Shown: positions 51,861 to 63,400 of the stretch, piece by piece
How the letters are laid out: each line of letters begins with the position of its first letter
Numbering within the stretch: position 1 is the stretch's first letter
DNA from: Podarcis pityusensis
Lineage: Eukaryota
DNA: 64,000 bases
Strand: one strand, 5' to 3'
Assembly: GCA_964106645.2 (NCBI GenBank)
Contig: OZ067038.1
The notes under the pieces: model-generated
Database searches by the model: none
What the model saw: only the letters and a program-made list of their open reading frames with translations
What the model was told of the DNA's origin: nothing
Translations under genes and position numbers: made by a program

Positions 51861-52760
51861 AAAATCAAACTATTGGAAGAAGTAGGCTAATGACCTCCAG
51901 TAATCTTCTTTTGTAGCCCAGGAAGGCAATTGATTCTTCAAACTGTCTCTGGAGTTAATAGTGGACTGAATGGGGGATAATAAACTAAAGCTTAATCCAT
52001 GAAAGTTAATGGATTGGTTGATCTAGTACTGGGGTGGGGAATCATTTTCCACCTGAGGCTATGCTCTCTCAGGACCAAACTTGTAGGTCCTTGAGGGCAC
52101 ACTTGCATTGCCAGTGTGCCCCCAAAGCACACTAGGTCAGTGTTGGCACAAGCACAGCACACACACACTGTTTGAACATACATATATGCACACAAACGCA
52201 TACATACATACACAAATTTTTGCTCTCACCCCCACCCCCCACAGCAGTTGGGCTGGGGGGGGGGGGAAGCATTCTAGCTTTTTCCAAGACTAATTGGCAA
52301 AGGAGGGAGGGCTTTGATCTTCATGGAGACTGCAGATGGGAAAGTGTTAACCCTTCGTTCTCCAGCTACGACCCGTCCCCCAACCCACACACAAGCGTAT
52401 ACACTGCATTTGGCCTTGAAAGCCTTCTGTGGGAAACTGTTTTCAAGCCTAACTGATGCTGGAGTAGTCTGTGGGCTAGATAGGAAGGCCCCACAAATTG
52501 TAGTGAGGATGTGGGCTTCCAGTTCCTCACCTGGGATTCACATGTCTAAATGAAGTAAGAGAAGTGATATCATGCAAGTGTTCTGGAAGGCAGTTCCTAG
52601 CATACAGGACACCAAGAAAGAAAGGGCAGAGTGGAAGTCCTTCAGATAGTTACTAATGATGCTGTTGTAGGAATGATTATCACAGTCATGGATGTACTGG
52701 GGATGTATATTCTCCACAGTGCATTAAAGCTCAGCTTGAGAGTCCCTACTATGAAGACTA

Positions 52761-53039
52761 CAGTGGTGCCCCGCAAGACGAATGCCTCGCAAGACGAAAA
52801 ACTCGCTAGACGAAAGAGTTTTCCGTTTTTTGAGTCGTTCCGCAAGACGAATTTCCCTATGGGCTTGCTTCGCAAGACGAAACGTCTTGCGAGTTCTTAC
52901 AAGTTTCTTTCCTTTTTCTTAAAGCCGTTAAGCCGTTAATAGCCGCTAAGCCGCTAATAGCCGTGCTTCGCAAGACGAAAAAACTGCAAGACGAAGAGAC
53001 TCGCGGAACAGATTAATTTCGTCTTGCGAGGCACCACTG
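52761..53039. mobile_element. Tigger-like MITE with repeated CGCAAGACGAA motif
   Basis: TA-CAGTGGTGCC.CGCAAGACGAA ... TTCGTCTTGCGAGGCACCACTG-TA. Confidence 0.88.
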
Positions 53040-53119
53040 TATATGTATCTATTTGTAATGATACCCTCTGTGTGGTCCTAGGGAGGCCTGGGCCGTCAGC
53101 TTCTTACCTGTGTTCAAAA

Positions 53120-53290
53120 GGATAGAATCACAGAATTGTACAAAGCATACAAGACAGGTGGTCATCCAGCCTCAACTTAAAACCTCCAATGTGAAGGAGA
53201 GTCTACAACCTCTTGTGGGAGTCTGTGCCACTGTGTCAACCAACTCTTAGCGTCAGAAACTGTTTAGTCAGAATCTCCTTTCATAACTTG
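53120..53290 (-). mobile_element. CR1-like 3' fragment
   Basis: atagaatcacagaattg tail and catccagcctcaacttaaaacctccaa. Confidence 0.5.
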
Positions 53291-55499
53291 GGTACCTGCT
53301 CTTTAGAGTGACTGTGAAGTTATTTAAGTCTTAAGCTACTTGTTTTTGTGTTTAAACTGATTTTCATTCATTTATTGTATTTTCCTATGTTTTATATCTG
53401 TAAGATGCTTTAGAAACCATTTTTGCTAGGAAAGAGGGATAAAGGCAATAATGTATGTCCGAAGAACTACAAAAGCTTAGGCCACAATATATACAGTATG
53501 TGCCATTTGTTAAGGCAGCCTTTACCAACCTGCCACCCTCCAAAGGTTTGGGACTACAATGCCTAGCAGCTGATGGCAGTCCAACACATCTGGAGGGCAC
53601 CTGGTTGGCAAAGGTTGCTTTAAGGTGTTAGAGGACTCCACTGATTTTGATTCTCTTCATACTGTCATTTTTTTAAATAAAAAAATCTCACTTTTATTTT
53701 AAAATAAACTGAAGGTAAAATATACTTAGAGATGATGGGGGGGGGGGGGGGAAACACTCCTTCAAAATGACAGACCAGATACAGGGTTTACTTCAGCCCT
53801 GGAGCGAGCAGATCAAATGGCCATAGGATCGGCTGCTGATTTATTACATTTTCAGAGCTCTCTTGAATGGAATATTTAGAAATATTTCCAGCTTCTCAGT
53901 ACCCAAAGTTAGAAATCTGACTGTAGATCTCTTGCGGTGTCCCCCTTGCCCTCAGATGAGCTGTAAGCCTCCTTCTCTCGTCCTTCTTCTGTTCAGTTAG
54001 AGGATCCTCCCCTAAAATATTCCTGTTCAATTCCTGTCTTGCTTTCAACATCTCTTCCTCCCTCACCTAGCTTCAGTCTATCCAAAATGCAGTCTGCTGC
54101 ACCAGAAGGGGAGGCTCTCATTCCTATGCACTGTGGTGGCCTGATTCACCTGTTATCTCCTCCCAGCTCTCCTCCTGATCCAATAGCTTTACCTCTTCTT
54201 GACGTGAGCTCACTGGCAGTAGCAAACCGGGATTCCCAGCCAAGGAGGCTGATGGCTTTCCCAGGGTATTTTCCTCTTGTCAGCAAAGACAGCACTCAGT
54301 CTCTCTCTCTCTCCACCTACAATTGATTCCCCCCCCTTCAATCATGAGACTGCAATTGCATCACTGAAGGTATTTCAAGAACATTTTAACTAGCGGCATT
54401 CAGCCCCTCCGGTAAATCCTTTGATCAAGGTGCTTATGAAGGGGGGGAGGGGGAGGCGGAGAGCAAGAGCAGCAGCAGCACCACCCACATCTCAACCAAT
54501 GTTTCCAAACCCTGCCAATCAGCAGGACTTTATTCGGTTTGCTATTCAATATCACACTACTATTCCAGCCTTGTGGGTCCCCCCCCCCAACCCTAGCTGG
54601 CAGAAGAAAACTGAAAGAAAGCAGACAACTGACAGAAAATGGAAATAACTTCCATTTTTCACACACGAATTCTAAAGGTTAGCATATATCCTTGATGAAT
54701 GTCCCTAAACATTTATTTTGGTCAGAACCAGTAGTAAACATCCATCCACTCAGAGCCATATGGGTTGTTGTTTTTTCCAAGACTCCAGGGTGAAGGAGGA
54801 GTAGAGAACCCTCAGGGTGCAAACACAGTTTCATTTCACTCGGATTTGTTGCTACTCTTTAACAACCTTTTAATCATCCTGGGTAAGTAAACCACTATCT
54901 GTCACTGCCTGTCAATCCACAATTACAGGGGAAGTGGGATATTCTAAACTGCATTAGTTTAGGGGGGGGGGGGTTAACTGACTCCAGACCACTTAAAATG
55001 CAGTGCAAAGATTTTGAGTACAGTGAACATAATATTTCTTCACGATTCCTGGGGAATGGCTATTATGAAATTCTGGTTTTCCTTGTTGCTCGGTCTTGCT
55101 CTGACCCAGTACCTAAAAAGTTCCAATATATCCCATATTATTCCCCCAATCTTCACACAATCTTCCCTGGACCTAGGTGATCCAACTATGTTTCCTCTCT
55201 GTTCTGAGGCATACGCAAGTCCAATTCTATGCATTTTTACGCAGGACTAAATCCCACTGAGCCCAATGGAGTTTACTCCCAAGTAAACGCCCAATACTGC
55301 CTGTGGCCCAGAAAGCCCTTGCCACCCCGCAGTCGCACACTTGCTTTTCCTTTGCAGGTATGCAAGCGCTTGGGAGTTCACGAAGGCTAAGCAAGGCACC
55401 TGAGAACAACTAGCAACGGCACTTTCGGCTGTGAATATGACTGGACTACGCAGGCAGTTCCCAAACTTGCACTCGCGTTAATCCAAAGTACAAGGTTTG

Positions 55500-57300
55500 C
55501 CCAGGTTAAAGAGGAACTCCGAAGACATCCAGGTGGCCGAGAAACCCTTAGATGAGCTCCCTCGTCTCATTTTCTGCCTTCGCAGTCGCCAGGCGGGTTA
55601 GGGACCTGTGCCACGCCAGCGTACCGCGCGCACCCACCTCGGGCGACTCCTTCTCCAGCCTCCCCATCGGTTCCTCTCTTACACCGCCTTCCCCTCCCGT
55701 GCCAATCGAGGGGCTGATCCCACCACGGATCTCCACCTAGATTACTTTGGACACCACGTCTCTCGATCCCAGGGGTTCGATCCCCGGTGTGGCCTTTTGT
55801 CAGGCAAGGGAGGGAGAGATGGGACCGGCCGGGGAAGAGAAAGGAAGGCGAGGGCCGGCTACCGGGCCACGCGGTGGGGTGGGCGCTCCAGGCCACGCCG
55901 GGGCACACTCACCCGTGTCCTGGCGGAACTGGTGCATGGACTGCAGGTCGATGATATAAGGCGACAGGCGGTTGTCCACCTGGCCTAGGACGACGCTTCC
56001 CCCGACTCTCGGCCCGGATCGGATCACCGCCTCGATGTGGTGGCTCACGGCGGGGCTGTAGGGTCTCCAGCGCCCGTGCTCATTCAGCCATTCCCAAACC
56101 ACCACGGCCGAAGCCAGCAGCATATTGGTGGCGGTCTCCTGCAAGCAAGCAAGCTCTCCCGATCCCAAGCGGCGCCCGGAGGAGCCCCTTTTCGCCCGGT
56201 CAGGGTCCGATCGGTCTCATCTACCCCCTTTAAACTCTGCAACGTCACGGCCACTAGCTGGCTGGCTGCTTCTTGGATCAGTTCCAGATCTTGCTCTTGT
56301 CAAATCTCTCCCTTTCTCTCCCTGGCAGCGAAGAGCTGGGCTTTGCGGGTTCACAAGCGCCTCGATTCTGCTCGCTTCATGCACCTTTTTAAAAAAGGCT
56401 TCTAAAGCTCTCATCCCACCCACTTGAAGACTCTTGCTTCACTGCCTATAAAAATGCATGCATTTAAAAAATAACAAGGATCCATCCACTCAGCGAGCTG
56501 GAAAAGCAGGTTCCGTCATTTGCTCTGTAAAGTGGCTCCGAGGGGAATGTCTCACTATCTTTACAGCGAAAGGAGGGTGACTCAGTTACACCAGTTGCAT
56601 CTCCTCCTCCTGTTTTCCTCTCTGCAGCTGCACGGGGGATCCTTCTCAGCGAGCCCTTCTCGGAATTTCATGCTCTAGTTTTCCCCCTCCTCCTCCTCCC
56701 CGTGCACTAGATGCAGCAATCGCTCCAGCTCCACCTCCCTGTTGCTTTTCTGCCTGCCTCCTTTCTACGAGGAATCCGGGTGAGTGGGATTTTCTCGGCA
56801 CAGCAGGAGAAATGCAAGCCTCCACCAGACGCGATGCCCGCTTTCCACAGCGGAGAAACAATCACCCATTGCACGGCACGGGCACTTCACTCCTGCCTAT
56901 TGCAACCCGCAGCCTCTCCCGCTACAACTTCCCTGCCTTAGCAAGGTTTTGGAGTAGGAGCCGCAGCACGAGCTCCCCGGGAACGCGACGTCTCGAGCGC
57001 GCGAGCTCCCTCCTCCTCCTCCTCCTCCTCCTCTCACCACCATTACCTCATGCTCGGCCCCCCGCCCCTAAGCCCACCCCTCTGGCCAGCATCAGGGCGC
57101 CATCTGCTGACCGTAGAAAACGAAGCAGCGGCAGGAGGGACTGAACCATCGCACGCAAAACAGGGGGGTGGCACTTGCCACCACGAGCAAGCAGAAGAGG
57201 AAGGGAAAAGCAAGAGAACGTGCATGCGAGGAAAGGCCCGTCTGCAGAATCGCCCGTGCCATTGCTTTCCAGCCAGGCCCGCTGATTTGCCACAGCTCCT
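55500..57300 (-). promoter_or_regulatory. CpG island / DTX4 promoter, 5' UTR and exon 1
   Basis: Visibly high GC and CpG density around the start codon, with (CCT)n tracts and GC boxes near 57000-57080; boundaries approximate. Confidence 0.75.
55913..56123 (-). CDS. DTX4: DTX4 coding exon 1 (start, WWE1)
   Basis: MLLASAVVVWEWLNEHGRWRPYSPAVSHHIE...FRQDTG; ATG at 56123; donor G|GTGAG; 211 nt, ends phase 1. Confidence 0.95.
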
Positions 57301-57509
57301 CACTGCAGCCTCTAGTGCCCTCGAGCATTTGCAGAGAGGAAAATTAGGTGAAGCAGTTGGATGTGAGAGTAGTTCCTTCACAGCTGAGATCAGAGGAGGC
57401 AGTGGCGACGAAGCATTCCTTTGGGTCATTCCCTGTTAAATAATTTTGTAACTTTAAAATGCAACGTTAGTCCTCTCTCCTAAAAAGCACAGCTTTCTGA
57501 TATTTTCCA

Positions 57510-57710
57510 GGGGCGTAGCTGTGGCACCTTAAAGACCATTGCGGCATAAGCCTTCCTTGTGACAATACTTCAAAAGTGTTATCCTGAGTTACAGGGACAT
57601 ATGTACGCTATAACTCAGGATTCACACATCTGATGAAATGGAGTGTAGTCCATTTGCTTATGCCATGATAAATTTGTTAATTTTTAAGGATGCCACAATG
57701 TTCGTTCTAA
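57510..57710. mobile_element. Second Penelope-like inverted remnant (hammerhead core broken)
   Basis: gtggcaccttaaagac ... catCTGATGAaatggagtgtagtccat ... ttaaggatgccaca; GAAA box lost. Confidence 0.55.
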
Positions 57711-57974
57711 ATATGACAATTCTACCTTTTTCCAATCTATCTTGCTAGTGTAGAAGCCAATTCCAATTTTTTAAAAAAACAACAACCACCTGTGGTCATT
57801 GCTTAGAGGCTGGATCAAAGCAAATCAAGGAAGCTAAAAATTCTAGTGGCCATATTAGTATGATCTAGAAATATTTTATTTGGAATTATGCCAAAAGCAC
57901 TTTTCCGTGTACAAAGTGCTTTACACATCCTATTTTTAACTTCACATCAAGTGTTTGAAGTCAGTTAGGCTGTA

Positions 57975-58228
57975 CAGTGGTACCTCTGGATGCGAATGGG
58001 ATTCGTTCTGGAGCCCCGTTCGCATCCTGAAGAGAACGCAACCCGCATCTGTGTGTGTTTGCGGGTCGCGATTCGCCGCTTCTGCACATGCGCATGACGT
58101 CATTTTGAGCGTCTGCGCATGTGCAAGTGGCGAAACCCGGAAGTAACATGTTCTGTTACTTCCAGGTCACCGTGGAGCACAACCCGGAAGTACTCAACCT
58201 GAAGCAACTTTAACCTGAGGTATGACTG
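57975..58228. mobile_element. Tigger-like MITE
   Basis: TA-CAGTGGTACCTC ... GAGGTATGACTG-TA. Confidence 0.82.
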
Positions 58229-58278
58229 TATCATTAAGTATGAATTCAGTGCATGCCTGAATCTAATCTATACATGTG

Positions 58279-58771
58279 GCCAGGATATCTGTTAATGGTC
58301 ACTGATTGCTTTACCTGAGCAGCCTGGCCATTCTTTTGTGAGGGTAAATACTTTAATTCCTGAAACCAGGTCACAGGCTCGCTCTATTCAAACACAAATA
58401 CGCCCTTAAGACAGTCAAAATAAAAGAAATCCTTCCAGTAGCACCTTTAAGACCAACTAAGTTAGTTCTTGGTATGAGCTCATACCAAGAACTAACTTAG
58501 TTGGTCTTAAAGGTGCTACTGGAAGGATTTCTTTTATTTTGACTATGGCAGACCAACACGGCTACCTATCTGCCCTTAAGACAGGTAAGCAAAAGACAAT
58601 GGAGAGGCTTTCCTGTTTCCTTCCTCCTTGCAGAGAAATATTTGAGGTCAATTTGGGAGTCAAAATGGCTTCAGACTGCTCTCCTGTACTATTTCAGACA
58701 TGTGGTTTATGTACTTATGTATCTGTTCGCCTTGTTTATTTTGTATTTGGGACCTTAGAATTCTTATAACA
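58279..58771 (-). mobile_element. Second partial copy of the same older LTR family, interrupted by the Penelope-type palindrome
   Basis: Homology to 60014-60082; ends in TAACA at 58767-58771. Confidence 0.5.
58415..58571. mobile_element. Penelope-like 3'-end insertion forming a perfect palindrome, 13-bp TSD
   Basis: 58413-58544 is a spacerless 66+66 bp inverted repeat; direct repeat GCCCTTAAGACAG at 58402-58414 and 58572-58584. Family assignment is by recognition of the ...ttggtcttaaaggtgctac...gcagaccaacacggctacc tail. Confidence 0.75.
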
Positions 58772-59134
58772 CATGTTTCTTTATTATAGATATTTCCCTG
58801 CTTCCCACCAGCAGTAGTCAATATGGAGCAGGAGGGAAGGGGAACTCATTATCTGACGATTTCATGTTGTAGGCAAAACCACGAACTACAGGGAAAGGAG
58901 GGGAAAAACAAGAGAAGGAAAGTGTTTTCCCATCACAGCCATAATCCAGCATCTTACCTGAAAATGTTTGGATAACATATTGCAAGCACTTAACAGTTTT
59001 AAAAGATAGCATGTCTCTAGAAAGCGTAAACAGTAGAATTATTTATTAGGAATCCTTCTCCAATGCCGAGAGTTCAGAGCCAACTCTTCACATAATGCAC
59101 AAAATCAGCCATTACTACTGCTGAGTTTCATGTA

Positions 59135-59365
59135 CAGTGGTACCTCGGGTTATGAACAGTTCTGTTTACAAATGCTTCAGGTTATGAACTCCACAAACCC
59201 GGACGTAGGTGTCCTGGGTTGCGAACTTTGCCCCAGGATACGAATGCAATCCGCTTCCGGGGCCACAGGAGGCCTATGTAGGGAATGCACACCTCGGGTT
59301 AAGAATGCTTCAGATTAAGAATGAACTTCCCGAACAAATTAAGTTCGTAACCTGAGATACCACTG
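59135..59365. mobile_element. Tigger-like MITE
   Basis: TA-CAGTGGTACCTCGGGTTA ... TAACCTGAGATACCACTG-TA. Confidence 0.85.
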
Positions 59366-59795
59366 TACATTATACAGTATCTAATTGCAGAAACGTATTT
59401 CGGGAGGAATGGCAATCCTGCTTTTATTGTTGTTCGTAGAATTGTAGAGTTGGAAGGGACCCCAAGGGTCATCTAGTCTAACCCCCTGCAATGCAGGAAT
59501 TGTGCCCACAGCCATCCCTGGGTAGGCTTGAACCACCAACTTTCTGGTTAACAACCAGACATATTGAACAAGGTTCATATTGATTCTTCACATACATATG
59601 TATATCTGTGGCCTCCACACCAATTCTCCTGGGTGGGTGTTCTGATTGTTAGATGCAGTTGTTAATTCCCTGAAATCTTAAGGTATGGGAAAGGCTGAAT
59701 TTTAGTTTACACTGGTGTTATATAATGCAATTTTTAACGGTGTTTCAACAAATGCACTTCAGGTTAAAAATCTCTATTTAGATAGCTGGTGATGG

Positions 59796-60082
59796 TGTTA
59801 GAGAAGCAAAACAGCTAGTAAGCCTGATCTTTATTAAAGGAACTGTTGCAACAGGGTCCCTACTCACCACACGCTGGAGGGAGATCCCTGAACAATGGTG
59901 TGCAAACCCTTATATAGACTTTTGAAATTGTCCACCCTATAGCTCAAGATCACCCCCAAAAAACATCATACATACATGACAGAAGGTGGTGGTCTACAAC
60001 AGAAATCCTGCCTGCCAGGATAATGATAATGATCACTGATTGCATTACCTGGGCAGTCTGGCCATTCTTTTGTGATGGTTAA
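59796..60082 (-). mobile_element. Older LTR of a different family, interrupted by the Gypsy insertion
   Basis: TGTTA terminus at 59796; minus-strand AATAAA 59830-59835 and TATATAA 59910-59916; 60014-60082 matches 58279-58349. Confidence 0.65.
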
Positions 60083-60348
60083 TGTTAGGTCGTGGGTTGA
60101 CATAGCAGCCGGCACAGCGATTTCTTCAAGTAGCTCTTTATTATGGTAAGCTGGAATAGAACTGACTGCGAACAGCTCAGCCGGCCTGTATTTATAGGCA
60201 GCCGGCTGTCAACATTGTAACCACAACAGCCCAGAGTTCCCGCCTAAAATAACAGACGCGGACCTGAGTGAAAACTATCTACAGACCTGAGTGAAAACTA
60301 TATACAGTATCCCCCTGTTGGCCCAGGGTGAAACTACACTACATAACA
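60083..60348 (-). repeat. 3' LTR (266 bp) of the Gypsy element
   Basis: Starts TGTTA directly after PPT GGTGGGGAGGGG (60349-60360); TATAAATA 60189-60196; AATAAA 60137-60142; ends TAACA; internal 23-bp tandem duplication 60261-60306. Confidence 0.88.
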
Positions 60349-60461
60349 CCCCTCCCCACCGAGATAAGGCGTTAGTTACAATCGTAATGGTTTCCTTATA
60401 TACAGCACTACGCGTAATGGTTCAATTAAGCACAAAAGCATATCGGTTACATTTCCCATAC

Positions 60462-63400
60462 TTAGACCAACAGTGATACCTGTCCAACAACATAGTCCTT
60501 TAAATAAGTTGGGCGCTTGGAAACTCTGCCAGACCGCCGGGGACTGGTAGCCAAGTCCGGAGGGCCACACAGTTCTCGCTGAGGCTGTGGTGCGACCCTA
60601 GGTGGCGTTGGAACCAACTCCCCTGGATCCGCTGCTGTGGGTGGAGCCTCCGCAAGTGGAGTGGTCTGAGTCTGTTCTGAAACGGCTTGGTTCGGCTCCA
60701 CGCTGGCAGCTTGCGAGGGAGGTGTAGGTGGGGCCTCGCCATCTGTACGTGTCTCTTCTGGAGCCGCAAGCGCAGTTGGGGGCACCTCGGTAGTGTCCAA
60801 GTCCCCAACCCTGCGCCTAAGCTGGTCTATGTGCCGTCGCCACAAGCGTCCGTCTTCGAGTGCCACCTGGTACGAGCGAGGTCCAGTGACTCCCACTACT
60901 GTGGCTGGCACCCAAGGGATGTCCCCCACATAGTTCCGGGCAAAGACCTGGTTTCCTGGGACAAATGACCGTGGTGCGTTGGCACAGCCTGGGGGTTCAG
61001 CCACGGCAAAGTCTGGGTGTAGCCGGTCGAGCGGTGACCTGAGGCGGCGGCCCATAAGCAGTTCAGCAGGACTCCTCCCTGTGGCCGCATGAGGGGTGAT
61101 GTGTTGCACGAACAAGTATTCGGCGACCCGCTCATGCCAGTCTCCCCGGTCCAGGCGCGCCAGTGCCTCTTTTGTCGAGCGCACCATTCTTTCCGCTTGC
61201 CCGTTGCTGGATGGATGAAAGGGTGCCGTTAGGGCATGGCGGATGCCCAGTCCCAAAAGATACCGCTCAAACGTGCCTGACGTGAACTGCGGTCCGTTGT
61301 CAGAGACAAGGACATCAGGACACCCATGCGTTGCAAACAGGCCTCGCAGCACCCGGATGACAGCTTCGGTAGTGGTGGAGGGCATCAGGGCGACCTCCAG
61401 CCATTTGGAATAGGCGTCCACCACTACCATAAAGGTCCGGCCGTGAAAGGGGCCAGCCAGATCGATGTGCACCCTCGACCAGGGTGTCTTTGGCGTCTCC
61501 CAGGTGTGTCCCTTAGCTGCCGGTGGTGCAGGCCTCGACTCCTGGCACGCTTGACAGGCGGACACCCAGGCAGTGATGGCATCGTCCATATTAGGCCACC
61601 AGACGTAACACCGAGCCAACGCCTTCATTTTGACAATTCCCGGGTGGCCAACGTGCAGAGCCTCCAGGACGCGCTGACGGAGTCCCTGGGGAATCACGAC
61701 GCGGTCTCCCCACAGCAGGCAGCCGCGATGAGCTGAGAGTTCATGTTGTCTGGTTGCGAAGGGCTGGAACTCCGATGCAACAGGCCCTTGTGGCCACCCC
61801 CTCCACACCCAGTTGAGCACCCGGCTGATGGTGCGATCCTGGGCAGATGCGGAGGCCACAGTGGCAGCCGATACAGGCGCTGCCGGAAGATCCTCAATCA
61901 GAAGGAGCGATGAAGCTGGAGCCGGGTCTTCCACAAATGCTGGAAGAGGGCAACGGCTGAGGGCGTCGGCATGGCCCATCGATTTCCCCGGGCGATGGAT
62001 GAGCCGGTAGTGGTAGGCAGCCAGGAAAACAGTCCATCGCAGCATGCGTGGTGAGAGGACCGGTGGAGTTGGACGATCACCGGCGAGGAGGCCCAGGAGT
62101 GGCTTGTGGTCAGTGATGAGGTCAAAAGTCCTGCCATAGAGGTATTCATGGAACCTCTTCACTCCAGCCACAAGTGCTAATGCCTCCTTGTCGAGCTGGC
62201 TGTAATTCCGTTCCGTCGGAGATAGTGTCCTGGAAAAGTAGGCGAGCGGTGCTTCTCTTCCATCTGGAAAACGGTGACTAAGGACAGCACCGATGCCAAA
62301 AGGTGAGGCGTCGCAGGCAAGGACCAGCGGCCTGGATTCACTGTACTGTACCAGCACACTGTCTGAAGAAAGGAGAGCCTTGACCGCGTTGAAGGCCGCC
62401 GTCTCCCGATGACCCCAGGCCCAAGGCGTCTTAGTGCTAAGGAGTCGGTGAAGAGGCTCAGCCACTGTGGCTTTGTGGGGCAGGAACATGTTATAAAAGT
62501 TCAGCAGCCCCAGGAATGCCTGCAACTCCGTTTTGTTCTTTGGGGTGGGGGCCTGCTGGATAGCGCGGATCTTGGATGTGGTTGGATGAAGACCGGAGGC
62601 ATCGATAAGATAGCCCAGGAACTCTACCTGTGGAACGGCGATCTGGCACTTGTCCCTCTTTACCTTGAGCCCGGCCTCCTGGAACCTGGTCAGCACGGCA
62701 CGGAGGCGCTCGAACAGCTGCTGGTGTGAGTCTGCAGACACCAAGACGTCATCAAAATATGGTACCACTCCCAGAAGCCCTTGCAGGAGACGCTCCATAA
62801 GGCTTTGGAAGATGCCAGGAGCCACACTCACCCCGAACTGCAACCGGCGGCAACGGAAAGCCCCCCGGTGGGTGACGATCGTCTGGGCTTCAGCAGTGGC
62901 ATCATCGACTGGCAGTTGTTGATAGGCTTGGGCAAGGTCCAGCTTAGCGAAGACCTTACCCTCACCCAGGGAATGCAGCAGGTGTTGGACAACAGGAACC
63001 GGGTAAGCGTGCTGCTGAAGTGCCTTGTTGATCGTGCACTTGTAGTCAGCGCAGATTCTCACCGACCCATCTGGCTTGACAGGCGTGACGATGGGGGTTT
63101 CCCACTTTGCGTGGTCAACCGGCTCCAAAACTCCTTGGGCGATCAGTTTGTCCAGTTGTTCGTCCACCTTAGCCTTGAGAGCAAAGGGAACCCGGCGTGG
63201 CTTTAGCTTGATGGGGGCGACTTGTGGATCAAGGCTAAAGGAGATGGGCGTACCTGTATATTGGCCCAAGGTGCCGTCAAAAACCTCGGCAAAGTCTTTG
63301 ACCAGACCCTCAGTCTCTGCGTTAGAGATGCAGTTGATGCCGGTGACTTCCAGGCCGAGGGCATCAAACCAGTCTAGCCCTAGGAGGCTTGGCCGCTGAC

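Noticed and set aside
55770-55800. B-box-like GGTTCGATCCC near DTX4 exon 1
   Set aside because: No supportable A box or cloverleaf; likely chance or a very old SINE trace.
56124-56168. N-terminal extension MGSGELACLQETATN of DTX4
   Set aside because: Begins at a TTG in the ORF track; the conserved protein start is the ATG at 56123.
58772-59795. Internal region of a non-autonomous element bounded by the two older LTR copies
   Set aside because: No clear PPT or PBS, the copies differ noticeably, and the interval is filled with unrelated MITE and SINE insertions.
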